Shown here: piece by piece, positions 1-8,488 of the stretch | Numbering within the stretch: position 1 is the stretch's first letter | Layout: every line of letters starts with the position of its first letter | Source: Candidatus Electrothrix sp. GW3-4 | GTDB lineage: Bacteria; Desulfobacterota; Desulfobulbia; Desulfobulbales; Desulfobulbaceae | Assembly: GCF_037902255.1 (NCBI RefSeq) | Contig: NZ_CP147990.1 | Span: 3,330,001 to 3,362,000 of the forward strand | Direction of reading: 5' to 3' | DNA: 32,000 nt | Translations under genes and position numbers: made by a program | Notes under the pieces: model-generated | The model's database searches: none | What the model was told of the DNA's origin: nothing | Seen by the model: the letters and a program-made list of their open reading frames with translations, nothing else

Positions 1-2228
1 TTATTGCCGGGATTGTACTGGCCTGGAAGGTCCATCTGCTGGCCCTAATCCTGCTCGGCCTGGGGCTTTACCGCCTGATCCTTCAGTTCCTGCCGAAAAA
101 AATTCTGCCCGTCCTCACCCGGCTGGAGAACTGGCTGGTCATCCTGCTGGTCATGGTGCTGCTGGCCCGGAGCTGGCAGCCTCTGGGAATTGAGAAAGGT
201 GCATGGGCCAATTTCTTCTTTGTCGGCCTGCTCATCGGCGGCCTGCTGGGATCGTTCCAGGTCTTTCAGTGGCTCTACCCGCTCCTGTTGCGCATCTTTC
301 TCCGCTGGAAACTGATCTTCCTGATCTTCCCCCTGCTGATCGTCATCGGCGGAGCAATGGTCTGGCTCGGTGTGCCCAAACTCACCGGCTGGCTGCCGGA
401 TTCTATCCGCCGCACCAAACCCATGATGACCCTGGCCCACAGCTTCCCCGGTCTGGGCCGGGAGTTCATGCCTGCCCTGGATGAGGGTTCGTTCCTCTAC
501 ATGCCCACCACCATGCCCCATGCCGGGCTGACCGAGGTACAGGAAGTCTTGGCGGCTCAGGATCGGGCCATCACCGCCATCCCGGAGGTAGAATCGGCTG
601 TGGGCAAGCTGGGCCGGGCCGAGACCCCGCTGGATCCTGCGCCGCTTTCCATGATCGAGACCATCATCAATTATCATTCTGAATATCTGGAGGATGCAGA
701 CGGAAAACGCCTCCTGTTCGCCTGGCGGGCGGACAGAAAAGATTTCTGTCGCAGCCCGGAAGGGGTGCTGCTCAAGGCCGGGGATGGCATGCCCTATCTG
801 GTCCGGGGACGCTTTGAACGGGATGAGCGCGGGTGGCTCATCCCTGATCCTGAGGGAAGGCCCTTCCGGCTCTGGCGAACCGCCCTTGATCCGGCCATCA
901 ACCCGGAGCGCGAGGCCTGGGCAGGCATTCAGACCCCGGACGACATCTGGAACGAGATCGTCCGGGCCGCCGAGATCCCCGGTGTGACCTCGGCTCCCAA
1001 ACTCCAGCCCATTGCTGCCCGCATCGTCATGCTCCAGAGCGGCATGCGCGCGCCCATGGGCATCAAGGTCAAGGGACCGGACCTGGCCACTATCGAGCAG
1101 GTGGGGCTGGACCTGGAACGATTGGTCAAGCAGGTGCCCTCGGTTTCACCCCTGACCGTGCTGGCCGACCGGGTGGTGGGCAAGCCCTATCTGGAAATCG
1201 TTATCGACCGCGAGGCCATCTCCCGGCACGGGATCAAGCTGGGCAGGGTGCAGGAGGTGATTTCTGCGGCAGTGGGCGGCAAGATGGTCACTATGACCGT
1301 GGAAGGCCGGGAACGCTATCCGGTACAGGTGCGCTATCAACGCGAGCGGCGCGACTCTCTGGAGGCACTGAGCCGCATCCTGGTCACCGCCTCCACCGGC
1401 GAACACATCCCCTTGGCCCAGCTGGCCGACATCCGCTATGTGCGCGGCCCGCAGATGATCAAGAGCGAGGACACCTTCCTGACCGGCTATGTCCTGTTTG
1501 ACAAAAAAAAGGGCTTTGCCGAGGTGGATGTGGTGGAGCAGACCCGCCAGTTTCTCCAGGAGAAGATCGACAGCGGCGAACTGCGCATCCCGCCGGGTGT
1601 GTCCTACACCTTTGCCGGGAATTACGAGAACCAGATCCGGGCCCAGAAACGGCTCTCCGTGATCCTGCCCCTGGCCCTGCTGGTGATCATGCTCATTCTC
1701 TATCTCCAGTTCCGCTCTCTGGGCACGACCATGATGGTCTTCTCCGCCATCCTGGTGGCCTGGTCCGGCGGCTTCCTGATGATCTGGCTCTACGGACAGG
1801 ACTGGTTTCTGGATTTTTCCCTGTTCGATACGGACATGCGCAAACTCTTCCAGGTCCACGGTATCAACCTCTCCGTGGCGATCTGGGTGGGCTTCCTGGC
1901 CCTGTTCGGTATTGCCACCGATGACGGGGTGCTCATGGCCACCTATCTGGACGAGTCCAGGGCCCGCCTCAGGGATAGGGAGGGCAGAACCCGGCAGGAG
2001 ATCCGGGACATGGTCCTGCACGGGGCCCAGCGGCGCATCCGCCCGGCCCTGATGACCTCGGCCACCACCATCCTGGCCTTGATCCCCATCCTGACCTCCA
2101 CCGGTCGGGGCTCGGATATTATGGTGCCTATGGCTATTCCCTCCTTCGGTGGGATGGTCATTGCTATGCTTACCGTCTTTGTCGTGCCCGTGTTGTACTG
2201 TTGGGTGGAGGAGAGGAAAGCGGGATGA
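1..2228 (+). CDS. CusA/CzcA-family heavy-metal efflux RND transporter permease, C-terminal ~740 aa (5' end lies outside the window)
   Basis: The frame-3 ORF is open from base 3 with no upstream stop. It has 12-TM RND hallmarks: hydrophobic blocks LILYLQFRS and FGIATDDGVLM, and a C-terminal PSFGGMVIAMLTVFVVPVLY. GC is high. Confidence 0.85.
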   Translation, partial: IAGIVLAWKVHLLALILLGLGLYRLILQFLPKKILPVLTRLENWLVILLVMVLLARSWQPLGIEKGAWANFFFVGLLIGGLLGSFQVFQWLYPLLLRIFLRWKLIFLIFPLLIVIGGAMVWLGVPKLTGWLPDSIRRTKPMMTLAHSFPGLGREFMPALDEGSFLYMPTTMPHAGLTEVQEVLAAQDRAITAIPEVESAVGKLGRAETPLDPAPLSMIETIINYHSEYLEDADGKRLLFAWRADRKDFCRSPEGVLLKAGDGMPYLVRGRFERDERGWLIPDPEGRPFRLWRTALDPAINPEREAWAGIQTPDDIWNEIVRAAEIPGVTSAPKLQPIAARIVMLQSGMRAPMGIKVKGPDLATIEQVGLDLERLVKQVPSVSPLTVLADRVVGKPYLEIVIDREAISRHGIKLGRVQEVISAAVGGKMVTMTVEGRERYPVQVRYQRERRDSLEALSRILVTASTGEHIPLAQLADIRYVRGPQMIKSEDTFLTGYVLFDKKKGFAEVDVVEQTRQFLQEKIDSGELRIPPGVSYTFAGNYENQIRAQKRLSVILPLALLVIMLILYLQFRSLGTTMMVFSAILVAWSGGFLMIWLYGQDWFLDFSLFDTDMRKLFQVHGINLSVAIWVGFLALFGIATDDGVLMATYLDESRARLRDREGRTRQEIRDMVLHGAQRRIRPALMTSATTILALIPILTSTGRGSDIMVPMAIPSFGGMVIAMLTVFVVPVLYCWVEERKAG

Positions 2229-2279
2229 GCCTGGATTTACTTCTTTACCTGCACAGAATGATTGCTGTATAGTGAGATT

Positions 2280-2700
2280 ATGATGAAGATATATCTTGAT
2301 AACTGCTGCATTCAGCGACCGCTTGATGACAGAACTCAGCTGAGGATTGCGGTAGAGGGTGAAATCATCCTGAACATTCTCTCGCTGATTGAAGCCGGGC
2401 AGATCAGGCTGCTTTCATCTGAAATCTCGCTTTATGAGGCGGAGAAAATCAGCAATACTTTTCGCAGAGAATTCACACTGAAGGTGCTGGACGAACGAAG
2501 CGAATTTACCCCGCTCAAGGATATTCAACGAGTTCGGAATCAAACCGATAGATGCCCTTCATCTTGCATCGGCAGAAGTGCTGAAAGCTGATTTTTTCTG
2601 CACCTGCGACGATAAATTTTTGAAAAAGGCGAAAGGAATAGACGACCTCGGAATCAAAACTGTTTCAATCCTTGAACTGTTACAGGAGATGGAAAGATGA
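2280..2700 (+). pseudogene. PIN-domain (VapC-like) nuclease, frameshifted near 2520
   Basis: The N-terminus is MKIYLDNCCIQRPLDD. The C-terminal half (FGIKPIDALHLASAEVLKADFFCTCDDKFLKKA...) continues in another frame and ends at TGA 2698-2700. Confidence 0.7.
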
Positions 2701-2910
2701 GTGCTACAGCGGCAACGTTGAATGATATAAATATCAAAGCAATCGCTTTATTAAGCAGCAAGCTCGGAACGGCGGACACCATCCGCTTTCTGAATCAGTT
2801 CACAACCGGATTTGGCGATTGATTACACGGAAGAAAGAAGAAAAGTGTTTGATAAGATGAGTCTGGATGAAATTGTGAGTGAAATAAAGGAACAGAGAAA
2901 ACAAATCTGA
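2697..2910 (+). pseudogene. small PIN-associated protein (possible antitoxin partner), frameshifted
   Basis: An ATGA overlap joins it to the PIN stop. MSATAATLNDINIK...FTTGFGD runs to a stop, then DYTEERRKVFDKMSLDEIVSEIKEQRKQI follows in another frame. A homologous tail lies at 19993-20105 (-) without the 4-nt indel. Confidence 0.5.
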
Positions 2911-3036
2911 AAAATACTCCAGGATATAGCCTTGCACGACCAGCACCAGCTCCCGTTTATCGGCCAAGTAGGGCGCATGGTATTCTGAGCAGCTCGTTCA
3001 TACAGGGGGATCAGGATAAACGACTCTTTCTTCTTG

Positions 3037-3924
3037 TTAGTCGTCCGAGCGCTCTTGTCCAATCTCCTTAATCTCTTCTTCTGATAGGCCCGTCAACTGA
3101 GCAATCATTTTGATATCAATTCCTTGCTGAATTCCATTACGGACTATCTCTCTATCTCTTTCATTCTTACCTTCTTCTTTTCCTTCTACTCTCCCCTCAT
3201 CAAAAGCGGTATCAAGGGAGTTTTTCATGTCCCGATAATATTTCAGACTCTTCTCATAAGAACGCACTTGGTCCGGGGTAAAGCGTGCAATCTCCGCAGT
3301 ATCAAAGAGCTGCTCAAACACCTGTTCCCGCAGCATGTCCGGTATTCGTTCCAGCCGATTCAGGTTCCTGATAACGTACAGCCATTTATCAAACCGAGTC
3401 TTCAGCTCATCCAGTTTTTTGCTGAATTTGGGCATCTCAAGGTAGATGAAGGTCAGCTTGTCATAAAATACCCGGTTGGTTTCAATATCAGACAGCTTAA
3501 CATCATAGCGGTACTTTTCCGGTTGGTTCTTATCCTCGTCAAAGACAAAGTCCAGGATAGCCACCGTATAGACAGCCTTGAGTTTGAAATTCCAGTCGCC
3601 TCGTTCCGCCTGTTCACGGATGGGAAAGGTGGAGTAGTAGAGTGCTCGGTCCTTGAAAAAATTCTGTTTGCTCTTCTGGAGTTCGACAATGAATTTCTCA
3701 CCCCGTTCATTCTCGCAGTAGAGATCGAAGATCGCCTTGCGGTCGATATCGGTGTCACCGAGCTGTTCGGTCTTCAGATAGGTCAAATCCCGGATCTCTC
3801 CCTGTTCCTCTTTCAGCAGCTCGTTGAGAAAATCCAGGAGCAGGTTCTTGTTCGGCTCTTCGCCGAAGATCTTTTTAAACCCGTAATCGGTGAACAGGTT
3901 GATATAGCGTTCTTTGCTGGCCAT
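3037..3924 (-). CDS. Rpn-family recombination-promoting nuclease / PD-(D/E)XK putative transposase (YhgA-like)
   Basis: 295 aa. The N-terminus YINLFTDYGFKKIFGEEPNKNLLLDFLNELL, plus DLYCENERGEKFIVELQ and AVYTVAILDF, are characteristic of the Rpn/TIGR01784 family. Confidence 0.8.
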   Translation of the reverse strand: MASKERYINLFTDYGFKKIFGEEPNKNLLLDFLNELLKEEQGEIRDLTYLKTEQLGDTDIDRKAIFDLYCENERGEKFIVELQKSKQNFFKDRALYYSTFPIREQAERGDWNFKLKAVYTVAILDFVFDEDKNQPEKYRYDVKLSDIETNRVFYDKLTFIYLEMPKFSKKLDELKTRFDKWLYVIRNLNRLERIPDMLREQVFEQLFDTAEIARFTPDQVRSYEKSLKYYRDMKNSLDTAFDEGRVEGKEEGKNERDREIVRNGIQQGIDIKMIAQLTGLSEEEIKEIGQERSDD

Positions 3925-4196
3925 TATGTATGTTTTTTACAGGTTGCCGAGTATTCTAGTGCAATTGAGCACAACGCACTCTTTCTTCATGATCAATGTC
4001 AGCAGTATATTCCTCTTTTCCCGGAAGTACAACCGGTGCTTTTGGGCAGGGAATGTATCGGGGAGCGAGGAGGTGTAGTTTGTGGTTTTATCCTGAACGA
4101 GAAGCTCGGGGCTGTGGCGCGGGAGGTTGGGGTGCTGACGAGATGAAAAGGGATATGTAATTTTTTCTGCAAGGTGTTTGAGCGAGCTGATCTGAT

Positions 4197-4223
4197 AAAT
4201 TCCCTTGAGGCGCAAGGGAATTT
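4197..4223 (+). terminator. perfect 11-bp stem / 5-nt loop hairpin (AAATTCCCTTG-aggcg-CAAGGGAATTT) followed by ggccTTTT
   Basis: Read directly from the sequence. No convincing + strand gene lies upstream, so its function is uncertain. Confidence 0.3.
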
Positions 4224-4259
4224 GGCCTTTTAAGACAGCAGTCTATCAGAAAGTTATTC

Positions 4260-4287
4260 TTGACAAAAAAATCATAATTGTCATACT
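4260..4287 (+). promoter_or_regulatory. sigma70-like promoter TTGACA-16-CATACT, now pointing into the IS4 copy A terminus
   Basis: Hexamers read directly. The downstream target is interrupted by the IS at 4388. Confidence 0.3.
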
Positions 4288-4420
4288 GTTCGGATCATAG
4301 CAGCACGGAATACGGGGCTCGTTAATTGGTTTTTCGTGTTCGCGTTTTTTTGACTCTTACGTTGTTGGTGGAAAACATGGTCTGTCCCAATGGCACGACC
4401 TTAAGCGGATGACCACAAAA

Positions 4421-5892
4421 CTACACAGCTTGTTCTCTTGGTACTGTCAAACGAGGATACGCCTTTGGACGACGCTTCACAGCCCGTGGTTCACTGCGCC
4501 CCGGTCGATTTCCTACCCTATGTCCGGCAACTGCCCTTAAAAGAGCACTATACAATTCAGGGAGTTTCTTCTTGGCTGCCAAGCTTATTTTATCTCTGAA
4601 TGCTTCAAGGGTTTGTACGGTTCCTTTAAAGCTTATTTTTCTTGGCAAAATCTCAAACAAAGAAGCTGACTGAGCGATTACTGTACGTATTAGATTGTAA
4701 GCAAGGAGATGAACCCCGATTTCCTTACGAATCATCTCCGGTGTTTTGCACCGCAGAACATCCATTTGGAGAGTCTCCTTGATTGAGCGTAAATCTACTT
4801 CGATAAACCACCGTTTGCCATAAAGACCAGCGAGTTCCTTTTTGCTGACTTCCTTTGGGTCCAGCAAGGTGGATGAAATAACTTTCCCTTTCGCTTTTAT
4901 TTCACGGATGGTCATTGTTTCAGGCATGGCATTATACGTTGCTTCATTCATCCACTCAGGACGTGCAGGTTTGCTCCAGGAAACCAAGTGATCTAGTGCT
5001 AAGTCATGACTAAATTTTAGGGTTAGCATTTCCAGACCAAATCGAGAGATGGAACAATTACGGAAACGATCAACCCTAAATTTTAGCTTTTACAGAGCAC
5101 TAGTGACCCAAGGCGTATTCCTCTACGAAAATCCGACTTTCGCCTGGCGTGAAGCTGAAAAACGACATCCACCCCTTTCTGTTGCAACATGGCAATCAAA
5201 AAATAACTACAGTAATAACGATCGGCCAACAGAATATCACCTGTAACCAAGCTGTCGACAATCTGTCGTAACAATGCGTGTTCCCCTGTTTCCTTGCCTT
5301 GATACGGACCAACCGCATAATCCAATACAGATCCGCAAGAAAGAGAAATTATTGCAACCAGCCTGACAATCGGAAACCCCAACCCCTTTTTTTGACCGGA
5401 AACCTAGGGAAAGGCATCTTGGTTTTCAGGGGTATCAGGCATAGAAATCGTTGTGCCGTCAACCAATTTAACAGAACGGCCTTTCCACTTCCAAGCCTCT
5501 TCCGATTGGTCATGTAAATCTCGACCGATCTTGCTCAGCAATCTCGTGATCAGCTTTTCCGGGAGACGCATTCTGGCTCGACAATATGGACTCGTATCCT
5601 GAGAACAAGGCGTTTCATCCTGCGCTATTCTGTCCGCCAGTACGCGGACTACCGCATCTCGACAAGAGTGATCTTGGCTTAAAACCTGAGAAATAAAGGC
5701 CTGTAAAGTCACAATAGGGGTGAAAACCCTACTGCGAAACTTAGGAGTTTCCTCCTCTACAACCTTGTGTATGTAATCGGCAGAGAGTATATCACTGAAA
5801 GGCAGCTTATATGATTGACAAAAGCGAGCTTTCAGGTTGTTAATTTGGCGAACGATTTTTTTTTGATTGGTTTTAAAAATGTCATATATCAC
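4421..5892 (-). pseudogene. IS4-family transposase, copy A, disrupted by a CAG->TAG nonsense change (near 5405) and a 103-bp insertion
   Basis: Three ORF pieces (5404-5892, 5083-5382, 4421-5029) are colinear with copies B and C. Copy C reads ccccag where copy A reads ccctag. Confidence 0.9.
4997..5099. mobile_element. 103-bp MITE-like insertion inside IS4 copy A, flanked by a CTAG duplication
   Basis: The intact copy reads gtgatCTAGtgaccc. Copy A reads gtgatCTAG[103 bp]CTAGtgaccc. The ~30-bp imperfect TIRs have the core CTAAAWTTTAGGGTT. Confidence 0.75.
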
Positions 5893-6039
5893 ACTTGATT
5901 TTATTGATCTGAAAAGCTTATTCTTACAAAGAATTAGTAACGGTGTCTATACGTTATGTCATCTGACGCTAATTTAATCTGCTAAAGACCATAACTGAAA
6001 GATATTGTTCAGTTAAAAGTCTTAAGGTCGTGCCATTGA

Positions 6040-6931
6040 GGGGTTGGGGTTTCCGATTGTCAGGCTGGTTGCAATAATTTCTCTTTCTTGCGGATCTGTA
6101 TTGGATTATGCGGTTGGTCCGTATCAAGGCAAGGAAACAGGGGAACACGCATTGTTACGACAGATTGTCGACAGCTTGGTTACAGGTGATATTCTGTTGG
6201 CCGATCGTTATTACTGTAGTTATTTTTTGATTGCCATGTTGCAACAGAAAGGGGTGGATGTCGTTTTTCAGCTTCACGCCAGGCGAAAGTCGGATTTTCG
6301 TAGAGGAATACGCCTTGGGTCACTAGATCACTTGGTTTCCTGGAGCAAACCTGCACGTCCTGAGTGGATGAATGAAGCAACGTATAATGCCATGCCTGAA
6401 ACAATGACCATCCGTGAAATAAAAGCGAAAGGGAAAGTTATTTCATCCACCTTGCTGGACCCAAAGGAAGTCAGCAAAAAGGAACTCGCTGGTCTTTATG
6501 GCAAACGGTGGTTTATCGAAGTAGATTTACGCTCAATCAAGGAGACTCTCCAAATGGATGTTCTGCGGTGCAAAACACCGGAGATGATTCGTAAGGAAAT
6601 CGGGGTTCATCTCCTTGCTTACAATCTAATACGTACAGTAATCGCTCAGTCAGCTTCTTTGTTTGAGATTTTGCCAAGAAAAATAAGCTTTAAAGGAACC
6701 GTACAAACCCTTGAAGCATTCAGAGATAAAATAAGCTTGGCAGCCAAGAAGAAACTCCCTGAATTGTATAGTGCTCTTTTAAGGGCAGTTGCCGGACATA
6801 GGGTAGGAAATCGACCGGGGCGCAGTGAACCACGGGCTGTGAAGCGTCGTCCAAAGGCGTATCCTCGTTTGACAGTACCAAGAGAACAAGCTGTGTAGTT
6901 TTGTGGTCATCCGCTTAAGGTCGTGCCATTG
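6040..6931 (+). mobile_element. IS4-family IS, copy B, 5'-truncated (starts mid-transposase directly against the IRL of copy A)
   Basis: ORF 6044-6898 equals the C-terminal 284 aa of the same transposase. The IRR ...CTTAAGGTCGTGCCATTG ends at 6931, inside an R repeat tail. Confidence 0.9.
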
Positions 6932-6949
6932 GGGTATAGAGTTATATGA
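6932..6949 (+). repeat. R0: 3' tail of an MNT-pseudogene repeat, the rest removed by IS4 copy B
   Basis: gggtatagagttatatga is identical to the end of R4 (15020-15037). Confidence 0.7.
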
Positions 6950-6983
6950 GATTATACATCAAGTTATCGACAGCCTCGGCACG

Positions 6984-7436
6984 TCATTCATGCTGCGCCG
7001 CTCCCGGATTTACCGTCAACAGCAGATTCTCAAATGGTTGATGGTTCTTCCAGCGATAGGTATGAAAGTCGCGTTGATCCGTTGATAAAATACGTCCATG
7101 CCCAAGATATTCCGCCAAAACCACCAGCGACGCATCAGCCAGATCCATTGGCAGATCAGCGTATTTTCGCATCAGTTCGGCAACCCGCTCTGAATGTTCC
7201 GTATTCAACTCAAAAACGGAAAACACGCCCTGCCGATATTTTTCAATAAACTTCTGCTGCGCGGAAATCCCGGCTCTTGCCAGCAGTAAATGACAGGTTT
7301 CCGTCATCACCGCACAGGTCGTAATCATCCGCTCATTTTGCTCCGATAATTCGGCAAGACGTTGTTTCGCCAATTGGTGATGCTTGTCTTTTGGATATGC
7401 CAAGGCAACCCATAAACCGGTATCAGCGATAACCAT
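6984..7436 (-). CDS. vapC: PIN-domain toxin VapC (copy 1)
   Basis: 150 aa with PIN acidic residues (MVIADTG..., MTETCHLL, DLADASLVV, STDQRDF). It overlaps the upstream antitoxin by 14 nt. Confidence 0.85.
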   Translation of the reverse strand: MVIADTGLWVALAYPKDKHHQLAKQRLAELSEQNERMITTCAVMTETCHLLLARAGISAQQKFIEKYRQGVFSVFELNTEHSERVAELMRKYADLPMDLADASLVVLAEYLGHGRILSTDQRDFHTYRWKNHQPFENLLLTVNPGAAQHE

Positions 7437-7692
7437 ATTTTTTCTCTAAAATTTCGGTCAGCTCGTTTTTATAGGTTTGTGAAAGGCGGGTTTCATCACT
7501 GTCGGCACAGCCGATAAAATCCGACTCCAGCAACAGTTTCAGGGGATTTTCCAGCCTTCTGGATTTGGATGCACCTTGATACCGTTGAGCAATCAAAACG
7601 CGCAACGCAGCTTCAATGACAGCCTGAGCGGATTGCAGCCCACTGACTTGTTGCGCTCTTTTCAAAAGCATATCATTTATATTCAATTGCAT
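7423..7692 (-). CDS. vapB: VapB-type antitoxin (copy 1)
   Basis: 89 aa. The N-terminus MQLNINDMLLKRAQQVSGLQSAQAVIEAALRVLI is typical of VapB/DUF2191 antitoxins. An AAGGAGG SD lies 5 nt upstream. Confidence 0.75.
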   Translation of the reverse strand: MQLNINDMLLKRAQQVSGLQSAQAVIEAALRVLIAQRYQGASKSRRLENPLKLLLESDFIGCADSDETRLSQTYKNELTEILEKKYGYR

Positions 7693-7796
7693 GACATCCT
7701 CCTTGCAACCTTGAGACGGCTGCTGTCTGCCAGCCCTTGCGGACGGAATCTCTTCAATCCTAGTGTTCTTTTATGCAGGCCTTTTTCCATATCCTT

Positions 7797-7825
7797 ATGG
7801 TAACTTATTTGGTTAATCAGGTCAA
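7797..7825 (-). promoter_or_regulatory. outward (cassette-sense) promoter TTGACC-17-TACCAT embedded antisense in the first codons of R1, facing vapBC copy 1
   Basis: Hexamers at 7825-7820 and 7802-7797 on the minus strand. Conserved at 15885-15913 and 30149-30177. Confidence 0.45.
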
Positions 7826-8175
7826 GATCCTGCATCAGGTGCGGGGGGAGGCGCATCGTCTGCTTCCTGATGCGAAAGTCATTCTGCACGGTTCCCCTGT
7901 CCGCCAATGCAACCCGGCAAGACTCTGACCGGGATTTTCTGATCATCGCTGATCATCCGTTGGACAGGGAGAACATAACAAAGCTGAAGGGTGGGCTGTA
8001 TGATATTGAACTGGAAAATGATGAGGTGGTGAGCAGCATTATACGGAGCAGGCAGGAATGGTCTTCGCCTGAATACGATGCGTTGCCGTTCAAAAAGGCG
8101 GTGGAGAGAGAAGGTGTAGAATTGTGAACTACAAGGAAGAGATAATCCGGTACCGGGTTGAACGTGCTGAAGAAA
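7797..8175 (+). repeat. R1: near full-length MNT (minimal nucleotidyltransferase) pseudogene plus the first ~17 codons of its HEPN partner
   Basis: Translates as MVTYLVNQVKILHQVRGEAHRLLPDAKVILHGS, then a +1 shift, then ..ATRQDSDRDFLIIADHPLDRENITKLKGGLYDIELENDEVVSSIIRSRQEWSSPEYDALPFKKAVEREGVEL*. A GTGA-coupled start follows: NYKEEIIRYRVERAEETFQE. Confidence 0.8.
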
Positions 8176-8179
8176 CCTT

Positions 8180-8488
8180 TCAGGAATCCTGTATCAGGAT
8201 TCCGTTTTTTATTATTTCTTTCAGAAAACCTCCTTGGTCATGTTTTGTTTCGAGAAGAACCGGTTCAATCCTGTCGTCCACTTCTCTCCTGATTCTCCAG
8301 AGCAGCGGTCTTGTGGAAAAATAATCCCCCTCCATTTCATCCACTATTATTGCGACATCCACATCGCTGTCTTCCCGTTGAGTTCCTCGCGCATAAGAAC
8401 CGAACAGCATCATTTTATCAAATGACATATATTGTGACAGGAGACGCTTATATTGTATCAGTTTCCTTATAGCCTCTTTTTTATCCAT
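8180..8488 (-). CDS. nucleotidyltransferase (MNT-type antitoxin) of a HEPN/MNT pair
   Basis: MDKKEAIRKL...MMLFGSYARGTQREDSDVDVAIIVDE contains the canonical GS-x9-DxD motif. The start was chosen at the internal ATG that overlaps the HEPN gene end. Confidence 0.85.
   Translation of the reverse strand: MDKKEAIRKLIQYKRLLSQYMSFDKMMLFGSYARGTQREDSDVDVAIIVDEMEGDYFSTRPLLWRIRREVDDRIEPVLLETKHDQGGFLKEIIKNGILIQDS
8183..8210 (+). terminator. rho-independent terminator-like hairpin GGAATCCTG-tat-CAGGATTCC followed by GTTTTTT, at the R1/cassette junction
   Basis: A perfect 9-bp stem plus a T6 run on the + strand. It overlaps the last codons of the convergent MNT gene. Confidence 0.45.

Larger units (their letters stand above)
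4388..6038 (-). mobile_element. IS4-family insertion sequence, copy A (complete ends, inactivated transposase)
   Basis: 18-bp perfect terminal inverted repeats CAATGGCACGACCTTAAG sit at 4388 and 6038. The transposase carries a Y-2-R-3-E-6-K motif (YGKRWFIEVDLRSIK). Confidence 0.9.

Noticed and set aside
45-2021. Long minus-strand ORFs (45-677, 1146-2021) and short + strand ORFs inside the RND transporter gene
   Set aside because: These are shadow ORFs of a high-GC gene. Their translations are low-complexity (G/H/Q/D/P-rich) with no recognisable domain, whereas the + strand frame gives a coherent RND protein.
3124-4146. 340-aa + strand ORF
   Set aside because: It is entirely antisense to the well-supported Rpn-family gene. 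Its sequence is a mirror-image artefact (F/L/I-rich, no motifs).
7866-7900. gatgcgaaagtcattctgcacggttc resembling a group II intron domain V (GNRA-capped helix, ...ACGGTTC)
   Set aside because: The flanking bases do not form the required 14-bp bulged helix, and there is no intron-encoded RT or other domains. The sequence is explained as MNT codons (DAKVILHGS).
7908-7936. Stem CCCGG-11 nt-CCGGG inside the repeat, with an apparent compensatory change in R2 (CCCAG...CTGGG)
   Set aside because: Other copies (R4, R5) break the pattern or need G-U pairs or mismatches. The changes are equally explained as codon substitutions (R/Q, R/W). Seven copies are too few to claim covariation.
7937-7960. Tandem TGATCA palindromes 10 bp apart (cTGATCAtcgcTGATCAtcc), conserved in most R copies, as a possible protein-binding or Dam-methylation site
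   Set aside because: They are fully explained by the conserved codons LIIADH. Without independent evidence, such as conservation exceeding that of neighbouring codons, I cannot separate the signal from coding constraint of the ancestor.
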